Virus record (IMG/VR): IMGVR_UViG_3300011767_000002
Coordinates: 15,941 to 79,940 of that record
Reading direction: 5' to 3' (one strand)
Length of the DNA stretch: 64,000 bases
From: a virus
Lineage: Duplodnaviria; Caudoviricetes
Below, piece after piece: positions 47,880 to 57,015 of this stretch (position 1 is its first letter; the number at the start of each line of letters is the position of its first letter). The position numbers were made by a program, and so were the translations under genes. Below the pieces are notes generated by a model. That model had not been told where the DNA came from. It ran no database searches and was given only the letters and a program-made list of their open reading frames with translations.

Positions 47880-47925
47880 ACAGCCAGTCACTTCGGTGAC
47901 TGGCTGTATATGCGGTTTATTTTTT
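47880..47925 (+). terminator. Intrinsic terminator
   Basis: ACAGCCAGTCAC-TTCG-GTGACTGGCTGT followed by a T-rich tract. Confidence 0.75.
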
Positions 47926-47943
47926 CTCGCGTCAGGAGGATGC

Positions 47944-48753
47944 ATGAGGGCGTACAATTACCTGAATCTGCATGACGCACAGCGTTTGGAGAACTTCTAC
48001 GTCGCGCAGGCGAAAGGGGTTCAGCACCCGGATCAACTGTCTGTAAGTGAACGTCTAATCCGCGAGGTATTGCTTCTCGATAACCTTGGGCTTCAGGCCA
48101 CCGCGGGTGGCGTTCGGCATGCGATGGACCAGCACCGTAGCGCACTGATAACGCAGGTTGAGGCGTGTGAATATCTTTGCCCGACGGAAAAGGACTGGTT
48201 ACGGGAGAAGGGCCAGGGTCCGATCAGTGATCACCTACGGCACTTAGACGGAGAATACGCCTGGTTGACCGAGGTGCATGACGGGTCACTGTTCCGAGGC
48301 CCGGTTGCCCTGGCATTTAACCACGTGAGTGATGAGGACTACCAGCGATACAAGGCCTGCAACAACGAGTTCATTGCGCTGTGCAACCGCGCTGCTGCTG
48401 GGTGTGTGACGGATCGTCTACTGTGGACCGAGAATCTGCCCGAGTACCGACGCCTACGTTGGCTGGCAACCAAGAAATACGAACCCCGCGCCGCCTTCTT
48501 TTACGGTGCCTCTCTCCCGAGTCGACTGCAGCAGGACCTTGATGCGTGGGTAGAGCGTGCCCTAGGCACGGTGCGAGAAATGGTTGTTTCGGCACACTGC
48601 GGTATCCCGTACATGACGTGCGTCAGCGCACGGCTAGTCGCCACGTCATTGCAGGTGGCTGCGCGGCACATGGGCAGTAAGCAACGCTTTGACCCGTGCT
48701 GGTATCTGATCACTGATCAGGTGACTGGCAATGGAATCATCACCGAACTTTGA
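47944..48753 (+). CDS. Hypothetical protein
   Basis: AGGAGG RBS; contains FFYGASLPSRLQ. Confidence 0.7.
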   Translation: MRAYNYLNLHDAQRLENFYVAQAKGVQHPDQLSVSERLIREVLLLDNLGLQATAGGVRHAMDQHRSALITQVEACEYLCPTEKDWLREKGQGPISDHLRHLDGEYAWLTEVHDGSLFRGPVALAFNHVSDEDYQRYKACNNEFIALCNRAAAGCVTDRLLWTENLPEYRRLRWLATKKYEPRAAFFYGASLPSRLQQDLDAWVERALGTVREMVVSAHCGIPYMTCVSARLVATSLQVAARHMGSKQRFDPCWYLITDQVTGNGIITEL

Positions 48754-49349
48754 ACAGGGGTAACCACGTGAACGCATTTGTAATGGACGAGGGTGCTGAG
48801 GTAGTGTTGACCACGGCGCAGGTATTGCTGCGGGACGAATTGCTGGAGCTGGGCAAGGCCCTGCTCAAGGAAGGGTTCTACTTCCGTCTGATGATAACCG
48901 AAGACATCAGCAACCTGAACGACATCCGTCGTCGGGCCAAAGAAGGCATGTCGCCTAATCCTGACAGCCGTACCAAAGACAACTTCTTCTACGGCTGTGC
49001 ATTGCCTCCTGCCCTCCAAGAGCGTGTGCACCGGATTGTGCTAGATCATAAAGTCGCGCTGCTGGACGCTGTTGCGCAAGGCTACGACATGTTAGACGAG
49101 CTGGGGGTGACAGCGGCGTTTGACGAGGTGCAGAAAGCGTACTTGATCCAGCTCAAAAGCTGTGGCATGGGGTTCTATATCTCACAGCGGATCAGTGCTC
49201 CACGGCCACGACGCCTTAAAAGTATGACAAAGGAACAGACCTCTGAGAAACCCCTCGGTGTCCAACCTGCGTCTGTCGTGATGCGATCGCCTGGAGAACC
49301 CACTGGGAAGCGCCGCAAGTTCCAAGTGATCCGTCACATCCGCAATTGA
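48750..49349 (+). CDS. Hypothetical protein
   Basis: Coupled to the previous gene (exact start uncertain); contains FFYGCALPPALQ. Confidence 0.65.
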   Translation: MNRGNHVNAFVMDEGAEVVLTTAQVLLRDELLELGKALLKEGFYFRLMITEDISNLNDIRRRAKEGMSPNPDSRTKDNFFYGCALPPALQERVHRIVLDHKVALLDAVAQGYDMLDELGVTAAFDEVQKAYLIQLKSCGMGFYISQRISAPRPRRLKSMTKEQTSEKPLGVQPASVVMRSPGEPTGKRRKFQVIRHIRN

Positions 49350-49395
49350 TCTGACACACGCCCTGTCGGTTACGACAGGGCATTGCGAGGTGGGG

Positions 49396-49878
49396 ATGAA
49401 GCTGTCTATTATTGAAGCGGCCTTAGTGGCCGGGGTGTTGGCTATTGAAGAGAAGGTCGCTGCTGCGGCCGATCGCGGTGACGAGTGGCGTTATAAAGAT
49501 CGGGTTCCGGTGTTCGATGGTTTCGGCGAGTTCCTAGAAGAAGAGATCACTGAAGACGAAACCCGGCTGCGGTTCTCGCGCAGCGCCCTTGCGGGGTTTG
49601 ATTACAACATCTACGTTGGATTCTGGGACAGCGAAGGGGAAGTGGATCACTTTGTTCTGGACATCGGGGTCGCTGATCGGTGTTTGAATATCCAGCTAAA
49701 CACCACTGATCCGGAAGCGGTCTTCCACCCCATCAACGATTTAGGCTCAGTCATCAACGTCTTGGCGCGGCTGGACGAACTGGATGCCGAACTGCTCGAA
49801 GCCTCGCGCAAGCTTCGTGAAAAGGAAGCGACTTATGCCGAGCGCCGAGCACGGTTCACGGTAATCGAATGTACTTGA
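49396..49878 (+). CDS. Hypothetical protein
   Basis: GAGGTGGGG RBS; acidic. Confidence 0.65.
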   Translation: MKLSIIEAALVAGVLAIEEKVAAAADRGDEWRYKDRVPVFDGFGEFLEEEITEDETRLRFSRSALAGFDYNIYVGFWDSEGEVDHFVLDIGVADRCLNIQLNTTDPEAVFHPINDLGSVINVLARLDELDAELLEASRKLREKEATYAERRARFTVIECT

Positions 49879-49893
49879 TGCAGTGGGTCTGAG

Positions 49894-50253
49894 ATGGATA
49901 ACTTTGACGATTACATCCCCATTGACCTTGACGTCGACAACACGTACTGCCATACAGCGCTAGAAGCGTCTATAAGGGCCGTAGAAGACGACCTGGCGGT
50001 TCCGCCGTACATTGCCTCGCATTTCCTCGACCCGCGAATTACACCGCGTATAGCGAGCTTACAGGCCCTGTACGACCTGGCACAATCCCCAGGCTTTGAA
50101 GTGGATGTCGTTTATGAAGGGGATCGTCAACCGATGCGTACGCCGTATGGTCGATTTGTCAAGCGTGGCTTTCGGACCAATGAGCTCATGGTTCAATCAT
50201 CCAAGGGCTGGTTACTCCTGGGGCACGTGAGAACCAATTACAACCGCGACTGA
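49894..50253 (+). CDS. Hypothetical protein
   Basis: 119 aa, last gene before a terminator. Confidence 0.6.
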   Translation: MDNFDDYIPIDLDVDNTYCHTALEASIRAVEDDLAVPPYIASHFLDPRITPRIASLQALYDLAQSPGFEVDVVYEGDRQPMRTPYGRFVKRGFRTNELMVQSSKGWLLLGHVRTNYNRD

Positions 50254-50260
50254 CCCATGA

Positions 50261-50305
50261 CATAGACAGGAGCCTTCGGGCTCCTGTCCTTATTTCTTTT
50301 TTTTG
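50261..50305 (+). terminator. Intrinsic terminator
   Basis: GACAGGAGCC-TTCG-GGCTCCTGTC followed by a T-tract; preceded by CATA. Confidence 0.8.
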
Positions 50306-50320
50306 TTCAATCCCAATCTT

Positions 50321-50347
50321 TTTCAACCGTACATGATACAGTTGAAT
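50321..50347 (+). promoter_or_regulatory. Putative phage promoter TACAT-N8-TGAAT (copy 3)
   Basis: TTTCAACCG-TACAT-GATACAGT-TGAAT. Confidence 0.6.
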
Positions 50348-50374
50348 CACTCACCCAAGCCTAGGAGCTACACC

Positions 50375-51922
50375 GTGAAGAAATTGACCAACGCTAAACT
50401 GGATATCACCTACGCTTTGAAGAATCTGCCGAAGTGGGGCGAGATGCGCCAGATCTATAACCTGCTGGATAAGGTTGATGAGTACATTGATCTCAACGAT
50501 AAAGAGGTCTTATTCGGCGAATACGAAGAGTTCGAGATCCTCGAAGGCTATCGCTGTCAGCGGTTCATGTGCCTGACTAAGGGACGCAAGAAGATCTTCC
50601 TCCACATCAACCAAGACGATGTGGGTAAATACCTGGTGCAGTATATTCCTGAGCGGGACGTCAAATACATCGTCCTGCTGCGTATTTGTCGCACGCAGAA
50701 AAATGCCGTCAAAACAGTAACCCCCACCCCCACTGAAAAGGATATCAAGATGGATCAGTCTACTGTACCGAACACCCGCGTCACAGCCAGTGACCTGACC
50801 CTCGTCCCGAAGACCGGCAAGATTGCCGATTTCTTCAAGGCTCTGAAGGTCAACGACAGCTATATCAGCATCACAGGGACCACCGTTCCATTCCAGATGC
50901 TCGCGGTATTTGAAGTGTATCGGCTGGTTAACATGAAAGCCGTTGGCTACGTGTATCCGCCATTGACCAGGGCGGTGCCAATGGAAGTGCGTGATGGCAA
51001 GATCTATGAAGTTATTGGCTGGCCTGCGAAGAACTTTCTGGAACATGCCCGAGTTGAAAACGCCTTCCATTTCGAACGTTACCCCCTTGAGAACGAGAAG
51101 GCGGCACGGCCCGCTGAGAAACTGGAAGCAGACTTTGCGGCAAGGTTGCGCGAGAAGCCCTCAAGCGAGGTACCGATGAGTGAACCGACTGCGGAGAAGG
51201 CTGGTAAACTCGAAGTGCCGGGTTACTGGGTGGCTGAGCAAAATGAAGGGGTGTTGCCGTTGCGGGAAGCTTATTGCACCACTGCAGTCGGCGAGCTGGG
51301 AGAAACTTACCGCCTGAGTTTCCGCGACATGGACGAACAGCTGCTGATCACTGGGGAGGTAGACCACATCACTTCCACCTCATTCAAGCGGTGGTATGCC
51401 GGGGTGATGGAGATCATTGACCGCGTAGTCCTGGGCAGTCAGTTCCGAAAAGCCAAGGTGGTCTTTGTGGCTGGGGAAGGGTATGATCCCGAGTTTGTGG
51501 TCATCATGGTCGATGATCGTCGACTGCAACTGACCTTGAGCGAGACCGGTGGGCTAAAAGCCATGGGGCATCTCCCAGCCAATGTCAACGTCACGGGGCC
51601 TCACTTCGTCATTGAGTTGGTAGCGGGGAAACAACCAGCTGTGACGGAGGCCGCACCACAACCCAAGATCCCTACACGGGAATGGATTCCACAGGTGAAT
51701 CAGTTCGTTCATGTCGAAGGAGACGATGAACTATACACTATTGTGGATTTTGACCAGTACGCCGGGTCGTTCATTCTGAAGCTGGCCGATACAGCCCGGC
51801 ATGATCGCTCCGCTCGGTTAGGAGGACAGTCGCTAGATAGTCGTAATGGTTTTGGCCGCAAGGACGGTGGATACTTTACGGTTGAAGGCGGTCGGCTACG
51901 CCCATACACCCTGCGTTACTAA
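50375..51922 (+). CDS. Hypothetical multidomain protein with a C-terminal SH3-like module
   Basis: GTG start after an AGGAG RBS; C-terminal REWIPQVNQFVHVEG...RLRP is shared with the next gene. Confidence 0.7.
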   Translation: MKKLTNAKLDITYALKNLPKWGEMRQIYNLLDKVDEYIDLNDKEVLFGEYEEFEILEGYRCQRFMCLTKGRKKIFLHINQDDVGKYLVQYIPERDVKYIVLLRICRTQKNAVKTVTPTPTEKDIKMDQSTVPNTRVTASDLTLVPKTGKIADFFKALKVNDSYISITGTTVPFQMLAVFEVYRLVNMKAVGYVYPPLTRAVPMEVRDGKIYEVIGWPAKNFLEHARVENAFHFERYPLENEKAARPAEKLEADFAARLREKPSSEVPMSEPTAEKAGKLEVPGYWVAEQNEGVLPLREAYCTTAVGELGETYRLSFRDMDEQLLITGEVDHITSTSFKRWYAGVMEIIDRVVLGSQFRKAKVVFVAGEGYDPEFVVIMVDDRRLQLTLSETGGLKAMGHLPANVNVTGPHFVIELVAGKQPAVTEAAPQPKIPTREWIPQVNQFVHVEGDDELYTIVDFDQYAGSFILKLADTARHDRSARLGGQSLDSRNGFGRKDGGYFTVEGGRLRPYTLRY

Positions 51923-51973
51923 CCCACAGCCCAGGGATGACCTCCCTGGGCTTTATGCCCAGGAGACGGTCTT

Positions 51974-52915
51974 TTGAATACAATCATTACAGTGACTTCC
52001 GTAGAGGAAGGGTTGAAGAAAACCGCTAAAGCGCGGGCGGCATTTGAGCTGACCCGTTGTGAACGAGGCTACCATCACAACGGGTCATTCATTCCTTTCA
52101 AATCACATGAACAGTTTCACCTCATGAAAGGAGATCACAATACCCAGTGGGTGGTGCTGGTAGATAACCATGTTCTCGTTCGCCTCGATGCTCATGCAGG
52201 CCGGCTGCATCGAGAAGAGGGAGGGCGCGGAACCATTGTCATGTCGTGGGAACGGGAGAGCGCTATCGCCTCGGAACAGATCGTGGTTCCGGTGGTGATG
52301 GATGAAGACTGGTACCGATCTCCTGAACTTGAGTTTAAGAATGCTGAGCAATATACAGCATTCATTAAGGGCCATGGTGAAGCGGCTGCTGCGGCACTTA
52401 ATCGCCTCTACACCGCCTATGAAGCCGACGACAAGACACGTCGATCCATGGATCTAGCACTCGTGGTTGACGGGCCGCATAAAGGGCAACTGGGACTGAT
52501 CAAGCAGGCCGGGAGCCACGTGATCAGGTACGAAGACGGTGAGGTGATTGAGCAGGAGGGGTTGCAGTCAGATGACTTGGAGTTGGCGATCCGGTTTAAG
52601 CTACATTTCGGTCAACACCGACCTTGGTTGCCAATTATGCGTGGGTATCGGGTGGTAAGGGATACTCCTAAAACTGAAACAGGCATTTTGTGCAACGGGC
52701 GGGAGTGGATTCCTCAACTCAATCAGATGGTGATGGTCGACGGACTTGAAGACATCTATTTACTCGATCAATACAGCCAGTCACGTGGAAAGTTCATGTT
52801 GATTCTGGCCGATCCTCAGCGGAGACACGAAGATATGGTCGAGAACAATGCCACCAAACCTCGAGCGTTCTACGTCACGACCACCCGGTTGCGACCCGTG
52901 ATCGTCTCGTACTAG
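51974..52915 (+). CDS. Hypothetical protein with a C-terminal SH3-like module
   Basis: TTG start after AGGAGA; REWIPQLNQMVMVDG...RLRP. Confidence 0.7.
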   Translation: MNTIITVTSVEEGLKKTAKARAAFELTRCERGYHHNGSFIPFKSHEQFHLMKGDHNTQWVVLVDNHVLVRLDAHAGRLHREEGGRGTIVMSWERESAIASEQIVVPVVMDEDWYRSPELEFKNAEQYTAFIKGHGEAAAAALNRLYTAYEADDKTRRSMDLALVVDGPHKGQLGLIKQAGSHVIRYEDGEVIEQEGLQSDDLELAIRFKLHFGQHRPWLPIMRGYRVVRDTPKTETGILCNGREWIPQLNQMVMVDGLEDIYLLDQYSQSRGKFMLILADPQRRHEDMVENNATKPRAFYVTTTRLRPVIVSY

Positions 52916-52918
52916 CGG

Positions 52919-52970
52919 CATACACCGGGAGCCCAAAGGCTCCCGGTGTACTCCCTTCTTTTTTTCTTTT
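52919..52970. terminator. Terminator between the accessory island and the tail tube gene
   Basis: TACACCGGGAGCC-CAAA-GGCTCCCGGTGTA followed by a T-tract. Confidence 0.8.
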
Positions 52971-52979
52971 CGCCAAGCC

Positions 52980-53846
52980 TTACAGCTTGATGAAGGTACG
53001 GTTGAAGTCCTGTACCTGCTCGGTATAGCCTACCGCGTGCTTGGCTACGTCCGCTTCAACGCCCGTCATGAAGGACGGCTTCAGGTTCGGGCTGGTGCCC
53101 GTCTTCGGCATGGCGTCCAGCAATTGCTGAGCGAAGCGATCAACCGCGATCCCGACCTGCTGCATGCCGGTCCATGGGATGGACAGTACCAGTTCTTCGC
53201 CGTCAGCCGTCTTGTCGCGACGACCGGTGTAATCACCGGCGGTGGTGGGGTACATGTTGGTCATCAGCCAGGCCGAGTTGACCTTGGTGAACGACGGGTC
53301 CGGTTCGAACGCGATGATGCTCATCGAGTAGATATCCGGGAGCAGATCGGTCGGCGCGTTAACGCGAGTCGAGATGCCTGGTACCTTCGAATCCGGGTCC
53401 ATAATCAGTTCGGTGATCCAGGACTCCATGAACCGCTGGACTGGACGGCCGTACTTTTCACGGATGGTCATCGAGGGGTCGGACCGCTGACGGGTCACGT
53501 TGCTCGGGGTGTGCTGCACTTCGCCAGCACCAGAGACCGGAGCCTCGACACTGTTGACCGTCAGGGTGCGGTTGAAACCGTCCCAGGTCTGCGCGTGCAT
53601 CTCTACAATGCCCTTGAGGGCTTTGTAGTAGCTGTCGGGGTTGTCCAGGTACTGGAAACCACGCGGCGCTTGCAACACTTTGATGACCAGGTTACGACGA
53701 ACGTAGTCAGTGTTGGCATGGAAGTAACGCAGGTCAGACTGGTAAGCGTTCTGCCCACCAATCGCCAAGTTCACCATCGGCGAGTTGTTATACTCGGCGA
53801 AGCCCAGGCCATTGCCCAGGAGTGTGTCACGATGCCGGACGCCCAT
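52980..53846 (-). CDS. Tail tube protein (phiKZ gp30-like)
   Basis: 288 aa, coupled downstream of the sheath gene; phiKZ-type motifs including WLMTNMYP. Confidence 0.8.
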   Translation of the reverse strand: MGVRHRDTLLGNGLGFAEYNNSPMVNLAIGGQNAYQSDLRYFHANTDYVRRNLVIKVLQAPRGFQYLDNPDSYYKALKGIVEMHAQTWDGFNRTLTVNSVEAPVSGAGEVQHTPSNVTRQRSDPSMTIREKYGRPVQRFMESWITELIMDPDSKVPGISTRVNAPTDLLPDIYSMSIIAFEPDPSFTKVNSAWLMTNMYPTTAGDYTGRRDKTADGEELVLSIPWTGMQQVGIAVDRFAQQLLDAMPKTGTSPNLKPSFMTGVEADVAKHAVGYTEQVQDFNRTFIKL

Positions 53847-55897
53847 TATTCAGTCTCCGAGGTACGACGGCCAGCGACGACGGTGAGAACACCGACAGTC
53901 TTCATGCCATCGAACAGGCCTTCGATGTCCGTGTGCCAGCTATACCCACGCTGCGTGTCAGCCGGGGTGTAGTAGGAACTCGGGGTGATGTCCGCACGAC
54001 CGTCGTAACGGTCCTTGACCTGCTCTTCGATGAAGCGGTCGACGTTCGTGGCGTATTCAGCAGCAGTCAAGCGGCTGTCGCCCGTGAACATGCGCCAGGC
54101 CAACTCGCCAATGCGGTTGAGGTGGCAGCAGATCGCCATCGGGAAGAACGAGTTGAGTACCGACGTGTTGTCGTGGTAGACGGTTTGGATGCCGGGGAAG
54201 AACACCTGGTTACGGTGATCGAACGGCTCAGCCGAGCTGATACCCGCTTGCCAGTCGGTGTTACGCGGCTTGACGTGACGGAACTTGGCGTTGTGGTTGA
54301 CAAAACGCGTCACCACACGGTACTGACCGTTATCCGGTGCGTAGCCATTGCGCATGCGCTCGCTGCCCATGTAAGCGGCAACTTTAGCAGCGAAGTCCAC
54401 GGTGAACGGCAGGATGCCGTCGTACTCGGAATCGAGGTAGGTACCGGCATGCTTCATGACGATCGCACGGCACGCACCGGTGTTGTAGAACTCCGACTCA
54501 GGCACCAGGGCCATGGCGTTACGCAGCGAGGCACCGATGCTGGAATCTTCTTCCGGCGTGTTCAGCGGCTCAAGCGCATCTTGAGTGGAGGCAGCAATCC
54601 AGGCATCCGGACGCACGCTCATGATGTTGGCCATGAGCTTCTTGGTTTCCAGGGAGAAACCGGTGTCAATGAACGCCGACATCGGGAAGCTGGCGCGGTC
54701 AGCGTAAGGAATCTCACCTTCACCAAAGACGTTCAGTTCATCGCGTACCGCCTGGTCGTACACCTCAGGGGTGACGTCACCGTCAGCACCGCCTTGCAGC
54801 CAATGGGTGGCAGAATCACCAAATAATACACCGCCAACCGAAGGACCTTCGATCTTGATGCTGTAGTACGGCACCCCGTTGATGTCCGCACCGCCAAACA
54901 GGTTCAGCGCGTGCTCAGGGGTCACGTCGGTGTTCACCAGGCCGTAGTCGGCTTCGGTGGTCAGCAGACGCTTGAGGACCGTGTCCAGGTACGCAGTGTA
55001 CACATGGAAGGTCTTGAGCGGACCGTAGCCCGAGAACACGTCCGGGTCATTGTCTTCGAAGGCCTTGAGGATGCGCTTGTCGTACGAGTAGTTGATGTTA
55101 CTCTTCGCATCGACGACGCCGGTCTTCAGGCTGAATTCAACAAACGGCTCACCGTTCATGTTCATCAGGACCTGACCGGTGCTGTTGGCATTGGCGCGCT
55201 CAAGAATCGCCAGACGGTACAGGAACGCGCCTTGCGACTCAACCAGCTCAGCGTTGGCTGGGGTGCTGGAGTTGGTGTTCGGGGCAGTCAGGCGGATACC
55301 GAAGTTCGAACCCTTGGCACCGAAGAAACGGGCTTCAAGGTCGATCAGCGGGAACATCTCGGACGGTTCGCCCTGAGCGTTGGTCATGGTGCCGGTGGTT
55401 GGCGTGGCCTGGCGGATGTTGTCTTCGCCGGCTTCGTCAATGTGGAAGCGAACACGGAAACCGTCGAGCTTCTCGCCGGTGGCAACCAGCTCACCGTTGG
55501 TGCGCTTGAACGTGCCGTCAACATTGCGCTCGTACTGGTCGATCTGATCAGCCACGAGGTCAGCCCAGATGCGCAGGGTAGCGGTCTTGGCCTCAGCAGG
55601 CTTCATCCGACGAACCAATGCCATGGCACCGGTCTGCAGAACTTTCTGAAGCATGGCAGCCTGGTGGCTCAGGAACTTCGAACCTGCATAGAAGTTATCT
55701 GCGCCATAAATGCTGTTAAAACCATCGCCACTGACCAGGTTGGCAGTGTCCGACGGACCCCAGGAAGTCAGCAGCGGGCAGAACGGCAGAAAGATCGGCA
55801 GGTTGACGATCTCCAGCGGTTGGCCTTGGCCACTCACATCCTTGAAACCAAGAACCTCTGTTCTTGGCAAAGACGAAGCCATTGTTACAGACGACAT
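53846..55897 (-). CDS. Contractile tail sheath protein (phiKZ gp29-like)
   Basis: GFKDVSG...LPIFLP N-terminus, FIDTGFSLETK, and C-terminal GYSWHTDIE; ATG 55897 after a GGGAGA RBS. Confidence 0.88.
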   Translation of the reverse strand: MSSVTMASSLPRTEVLGFKDVSGQGQPLEIVNLPIFLPFCPLLTSWGPSDTANLVSGDGFNSIYGADNFYAGSKFLSHQAAMLQKVLQTGAMALVRRMKPAEAKTATLRIWADLVADQIDQYERNVDGTFKRTNGELVATGEKLDGFRVRFHIDEAGEDNIRQATPTTGTMTNAQGEPSEMFPLIDLEARFFGAKGSNFGIRLTAPNTNSSTPANAELVESQGAFLYRLAILERANANSTGQVLMNMNGEPFVEFSLKTGVVDAKSNINYSYDKRILKAFEDNDPDVFSGYGPLKTFHVYTAYLDTVLKRLLTTEADYGLVNTDVTPEHALNLFGGADINGVPYYSIKIEGPSVGGVLFGDSATHWLQGGADGDVTPEVYDQAVRDELNVFGEGEIPYADRASFPMSAFIDTGFSLETKKLMANIMSVRPDAWIAASTQDALEPLNTPEEDSSIGASLRNAMALVPESEFYNTGACRAIVMKHAGTYLDSEYDGILPFTVDFAAKVAAYMGSERMRNGYAPDNGQYRVVTRFVNHNAKFRHVKPRNTDWQAGISSAEPFDHRNQVFFPGIQTVYHDNTSVLNSFFPMAICCHLNRIGELAWRMFTGDSRLTAAEYATNVDRFIEEQVKDRYDGRADITPSSYYTPADTQRGYSWHTDIEGLFDGMKTVGVLTVVAGRRTSETE

Positions 55898-56063
55898 TAT
55901 AATGTCTCCCATGGGAAAGGAATCAACTTCGCGCGTGAAGTTACGAATGGTATGGCCCTTGCCTACAATTAAGACGTAGGACCCGGTACTCGATGTGTTC
56001 GATACCACCACCACATACTATTTTGTATTTTTTTACCAGGCGTACAGAAAAGAGGTTGAAAAG

Positions 56064-56999
56064 ATGATAATCAGTCCTTGGAACTCCACTGTGTTGCGGC
56101 GTTATCAGCTTGCCACATTGGTCAGTGAACTGGCAATTGCAAAGGCCACCGGTGGGTTGATCAAGGACAGTGCGTCAGTGATCCTTGTCACGCCTCTGGC
56201 CGATAAGGTCCCGACATTTGTCATGCCGTTGACCTCCTGCGAATACGCCGACCGCAAGCTTGATGACTCAGGCGCGGTGTTTATGGACGGTCGGTCATTC
56301 ATGCGCCGGGAAAACCGGGCTGATGCAGGCTTCGTGGTGGCTAACCAATTGCAGGCAGACTTCTTCTGCCGCATGGGCGAGCTGACTTCACTGTGGGTCA
56401 AAGACGCCAGCGTCCGGGAGGACTTTTTGCGCACAGGCGACATTGCCGCACAGACCTACATTGCGTGGGTCAGTCACAGTATTGCTAGCAAGTTGGGGTT
56501 GGACCTCGATGTAGCCCGCGAAGTACAGATCATTACAGCCCTGTTCTACGTGCATCATTTCACTGATGCCGAAGAAGCCCTCAGTGTTCGGGGTAAGGAA
56601 CGGGCGGTTAAACTGATCCAACGCTGGACCCGTCACCCGGTTCAGCTGATTGCCGGGATCGTTGAGGCGCAAGGGTACATGACGTACCTGGACGACTTCA
56701 TCAAAGCCCTCCATACTCATTTTGCACACAACACCCGCGTCAGTCAAGTCAACACCGGCTTCCTGGTGATGACCTTGGGACGGTCGTGGTTTGGCTGGGG
56801 TGCTCAGGAGATTGCGGCAGTAGCGCTCGAATATCCGCCGGCTTTCCTCGCGCTGGTAGAGGCTGCCTGTAACGCCAAGGTATGGCGTAAGACCCATTTG
56901 GGTAAGTTGGTTGAACGCCTGAACACCGGTCGTGCAGCGGATGAATTCATTCGGTCCATGGAAGTGTTGGCGGGCATAGCCAAAGGCAAAGACCGTTAA
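56064..56999 (+). CDS. Virion structural protein (phiKZ gp28-like)
   Basis: Divergent from the sheath gene in the conserved order; ALEYPPAFLAL motif. Confidence 0.65.
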   Translation: MIISPWNSTVLRRYQLATLVSELAIAKATGGLIKDSASVILVTPLADKVPTFVMPLTSCEYADRKLDDSGAVFMDGRSFMRRENRADAGFVVANQLQADFFCRMGELTSLWVKDASVREDFLRTGDIAAQTYIAWVSHSIASKLGLDLDVAREVQIITALFYVHHFTDAEEALSVRGKERAVKLIQRWTRHPVQLIAGIVEAQGYMTYLDDFIKALHTHFAHNTRVSQVNTGFLVMTLGRSWFGWGAQEIAAVALEYPPAFLALVEAACNAKVWRKTHLGKLVERLNTGRAADEFIRSMEVLAGIAKGKDR

Positions 57000-57015
57000 T
57001 AGATAAGGTGATGTC

